Origin: the human T2T-CHM13v2.0 reference genome, Homo sapiens
NCBI RefSeq assembly: GCF_009914755.1
Contig: NC_060929.1
Length of the DNA: 64,000 nt
Reading direction: 5' to 3' (one strand)
The notes beneath the pieces are model-generated. The model had not been told where the DNA came from, searched no databases, and saw only the letters and a list, made by a program, of their open reading frames with translations. This document shows, piece after piece, positions 60,320 through 64,000 of this stretch (positions are counted from its first letter, which is position 1; every line of letters starts with the position of its first letter). The translations under genes and the position numbers were made by a program.

Positions 60320-60530
60320 ATATTTTTAGCACACACATAAACATATTTCTTTATGCATATAATTGAAACAAAACTTTTGCATTTCCTTATTTTATGTGAT
60401 ACACTAATATATTTTATCCTATCCTATTCTTCATTTCATTTTTTGAAAATGGTGGAAGTCCATTTCACAGCTTTTGATTGATTTTGTAACCCACTAATGG
60501 GTCATAATCCACAGTTTAAAAACAACAACA
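60320..60530. mobile_element. hAT-Charlie type DNA transposon end fragment
   Basis: Terminal 'cccactaatgggtcataatccacagtttaaaaacaac'. Confidence 0.5.
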
Positions 60531-60567
60531 ATTTGAATCCAAACACATGAAAATATCTATTTGGAAG

Positions 60568-60602
<35 letters not shown>

Positions 60603-60640
60603 TATATATGTACCCATATATATACATATATATATATATG
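60568..60640. repeat. (TA)n microsatellite
   Basis: tatatatatatatatatatatata... Confidence 0.9.
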
Positions 60641-60869
60641 AAGCGCAGATATTCTTGGTTTTTATGATGTTAATTTAATTATTGCCTAAGTTGGGTTGCT
60701 CAGAAATAAAACTTAAGGTAAAGATTATCTTGTACAATGTTTATTTGACTTTAGTAATATGGACCTTAGTTTTTTTTTTTTTTTCCGGAAGCTTAAGTAC
60801 CTATATACTATGTAATTGTAAAGTACATCTGATAAAAGGGTAGCTACAAATTTTTTCAGATTATATAAT

Positions 60870-60929
60870 ACACACACACACACACACACAGACACACACA
60901 GACACACACAGACACACACACACACACAC
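60870..60929. repeat. (CA)n microsatellite with GA interruptions
   Basis: acacacacacacacacacacagacacacacagac... Confidence 0.92.
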
Positions 60930-61659
60930 TTCTTGCATAAGAAGGAAGAGAAAGAACAGGAACAGGAATGGGAGATAGCAGGGAAGAAAATGAGAAGGAA
61001 TTTCTGGATAAAAATAACCCTCCTTGAACTCTTTTTTCCAGAGATGTTTAGTTAAAAAACTGATAAGCCAAATTATTAAATGTCTACGATGGCAATAAAT
61101 TATAATTTATACTTATAACAATTTGAGAGTACATTTTTGATGTTAGTATATTAAATGCTCATATGTAGAAAACCACCTGAAGTTTAGCAGGACAAAATAT
61201 ACTTTACTCATGAACACTTATAAAAGTGCCTTTTGCATACATTGACCCCATATTCATTATATATATACATATATATGTATATAGAGAGAGCACATATATA
61301 TTATATATAGAGGGAGCATATATATACGCTGCTTCTCTCAACAAAGCACTATTTCTCTATTACCAGGGAATTTGAGTAGCTGATTCCCTGGGGGGAGTCC
61401 ATATCTTCGATATTGCTTCCTTCCTAAGTCCTTTGTAAACCCTAATTCTGGCGGAATCTGTGCTATTTCCTCTATACCACTGCAATCACCTCTTCTCCAG
61501 CAGGGGATAATAGTAAGTATTGTGATGATATGTGATTATATGCTCAGGGCAGTCTCTATTTATGCTTATTTTTCACTGTAATTATTCATCACACCCCCAT
61601 TCACAGCCAAAAATGACACAGGCTTGACAATAAATTTTATGGCATCTACACTATTGAAC

Positions 61660-61920
61660 TCCCTAAGCCCTCCCATCTCTTTATAATAATTAAAGAATCT
61701 ATCATATAATGAGCAGTTGTCTCATGCTTTAAACAGCCTAACTCCTCTTTCCAACAATACCATAAATTAGATATTATTTCCACTTCACAAACTAGGAAAG
61801 GTTTGGCGAGATAAAGAAATACAGCCAAAGTAATATAATTAGCAAATAGAAGAGTCAGCATGAAACTAGAATGTATTAGACTATGAAATACATCTTCTTA
61901 GAGAGTGTGTTATTCTGCCT
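61660..61920 (-). mobile_element. MIR fragment
   Basis: 'tattatttccacttcacaaactaggaaaggtttggcgagataaag...aattagcaaatagaagagtcag'. Confidence 0.6.
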
Positions 61921-63692
61921 CCCTCTGAAGAGGAGCAGGTCCTGCTGTTGCTACAGGGAGGTGATGGGATTTTGACTACTCTTCATTGTATGTGGCTGAG
62001 ACTGTGCTTTTAGGCACATGACTTCACATAATGCATAATTGAAAACTGGAGCACATTTTCCCCCCAGTGATTTTACTAAATCATTCCTTTGGTAGAACTT
62101 CTTAAAGGGAAATATATGGCATAGAGTTGTTAGTTTTTATAGTACTATTATACTATGAGTAAGCAATGTTATTGATTAAACAATTAACTTTTGGATTAGC
62201 CTTGTACATTTATATTGTAATATATCATAACACTTTTCTATGGGAATATATATTACAAATCATAAACTTATAAATAAATATTAAAAAAAAATTATCATAA
62301 GTTTGAAACTGCCTTCATTATCTGCGATGTATTTGATAAAGTTCCCAGTGATATGCAAAAATCTCAGGAGTTTTCTTGGACTTGAATACAGAGGAAATCT
62401 AAATTTACACATCATTATTCCAAACAAGCTACTAAAACTTCACTGCAAGAGGGATGAGTCATTTTTGATCAATATCCATTTATAGACAAACCACAGAGTG
62501 AGTGTATTAATTTAGAATTTTAAAAGTGAATTACACACTTTCATCAAACCAACAAAAGTGTACATTAAATGAGGCTGTGGTAACACAGAGCTCAAAGACC
62601 AAGTATTTATTAATAAAATGTAGGCTTTCTCTTCTTAAATATGTTAAACACATTTCCTTAATGTTTGTAAAGAGAGCTGAGAACCTCAATTCATACTCTA
62701 TGGGAATCACTGGAACTTTTTCTTAAGAAGAAAGATAATACTGTACTTGTTCTTAGCCTAAAAGCTAAGAATTGATAAAAAATAAAAAATATATAATATA
62801 CTTGCTTTTAAATTAAGAGTCAATAAGTAAGTACTCCGCAGAGGTGGAAATGAAAGGCTTTGTTATTAGCCAGCTGCTAAGTATGTAGAAAAATTTTGGT
62901 TGAGAAAAACAGTAATTAAACTGAGCTTGTTTGCGTCTTATAAATGATACCAACTTCAGCAACAAATAGATGAAAAATAATATTTTCAACCTTCAATTTG
63001 AAGTCAAGTCATTGGGGAATTTGAATAGAAATTACTAACCAAACTTAATATGCTGTTAATCTATTTCCTATGGCCTTAATGAATGACTAACAACAATTTC
63101 TGCAAAAACTAACAAACAAACAAACAAACAAAAAACCTAAATTACTCTTCCAGAGTTAGGATATTAGAAAAGTTTCCTAGTGTAGCATTTCCAGAGACAT
63201 GAGTATTTTAAGTGCCTTATGTTTTGGTTACATTTTATTATATTAATCTATTTAAACTACCTATCTATATAGTCTTTGGTAAATGCCTGATTCAAGTAAT
63301 TTCAGTTTCCATTTCTATATTAATATTAATATGTGATGAGATGATTGTCAGCAAACTTAGAATAACATATATAAGAATATGATATATACGTAAGTGTGTG
63401 TACGAAAAGTATGATATGAATAATAGCAACATGCAAGCCAAAAATCTACCCCCTCACCCACTTCTCACAAAAAAAAAAAAAAAAAGAGAGAGAAAGGAAA
63501 ACAAAAAAGAATAGTGATTACTCCTTTGGTAAAACTTCTTAAACTTAAGAAATCCTAGGAGATGTTTTCTGGCGTAGTGTATTATAAAATAAAATGCTTT
63601 TTTTGGGAATATGAGGCCATTTCTGCCACTAACCATTTGTTTCACTTAAAAGGTAACACATCTTCTCTGATCCTCCATTCCCTCATTTATAA

Positions 63693-63909
63693 CAGGGAGC
63701 AGCAAACTAAAGAACAAAATTTAGCCTGAATTTTGGAATAAAATACCAAAAATAAAGTTTTATTGGAAAAAAAATGACACCCATTTACAAATTGTTCATG
63801 GCTGCTTTCTCATGTCAATGTAGAGTAGACTAGTTGCCACAAAGATTGCAGAGTTTGTGAAACCTAAAATATTTACTCTCTTTTTATAAGAAAGTTTGTC
63901 AAACCCCTG
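63693..63909 (+). mobile_element. MER58A hAT MITE
   Basis: TIRs 'cagggagcagcaaact' / 'agtttgtcaaacccctg'; core 'aataaagttttattggaa...cctaaaatatttact'; near 8-bp TSD atttataa/atttatat. Confidence 0.9.
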
Positions 63910-64000
63910 ATTTATATAAAATAAAATATTATTTAAGCTTTTCCCTAATTCCAGTACTCTAATATTCAGTACTAATTTTTAAAGTAGATTTGAATTTTAA

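Overview
This is AT-rich, CpG-depleted primate (human-like) genomic DNA. It looks intergenic or deep-intronic, and more than half of it appears to be transposable-element relics. I recognised about 10 Alus, a near full-length decayed L1PA element (46044-53634) with target-site duplications (TSDs), a 3.7-kb L1PB1 inserted into a MER50-like LTR, a 5'-inverted L1PA4-like insertion inside a Tigger3 DNA transposon, a two-LTR MLT1D MaLR element, several solo LTRs, MIR/L2 fragments, hAT MITEs and microsatellites. I found no credible protein-coding gene, RNA gene, CpG-island promoter or CRISPR-like array. Most ORFs in the supplied track are Alu/L1/LTR-derived or chance ORFs. The sequence does not support a new biological system. 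The most unusual details are retrotransposon scars: a 100-bp older-L1 fragment sitting antisense inside a younger L1 without TSD or poly(A), two tail-less Alus, and a twin-primed inversion. There are also a few speculative splice-site-bounded exon candidates in unique sequence. Subfamily names come from my recall of consensus sequences, not from a RepeatMasker run, and boundaries of old elements are approximate.
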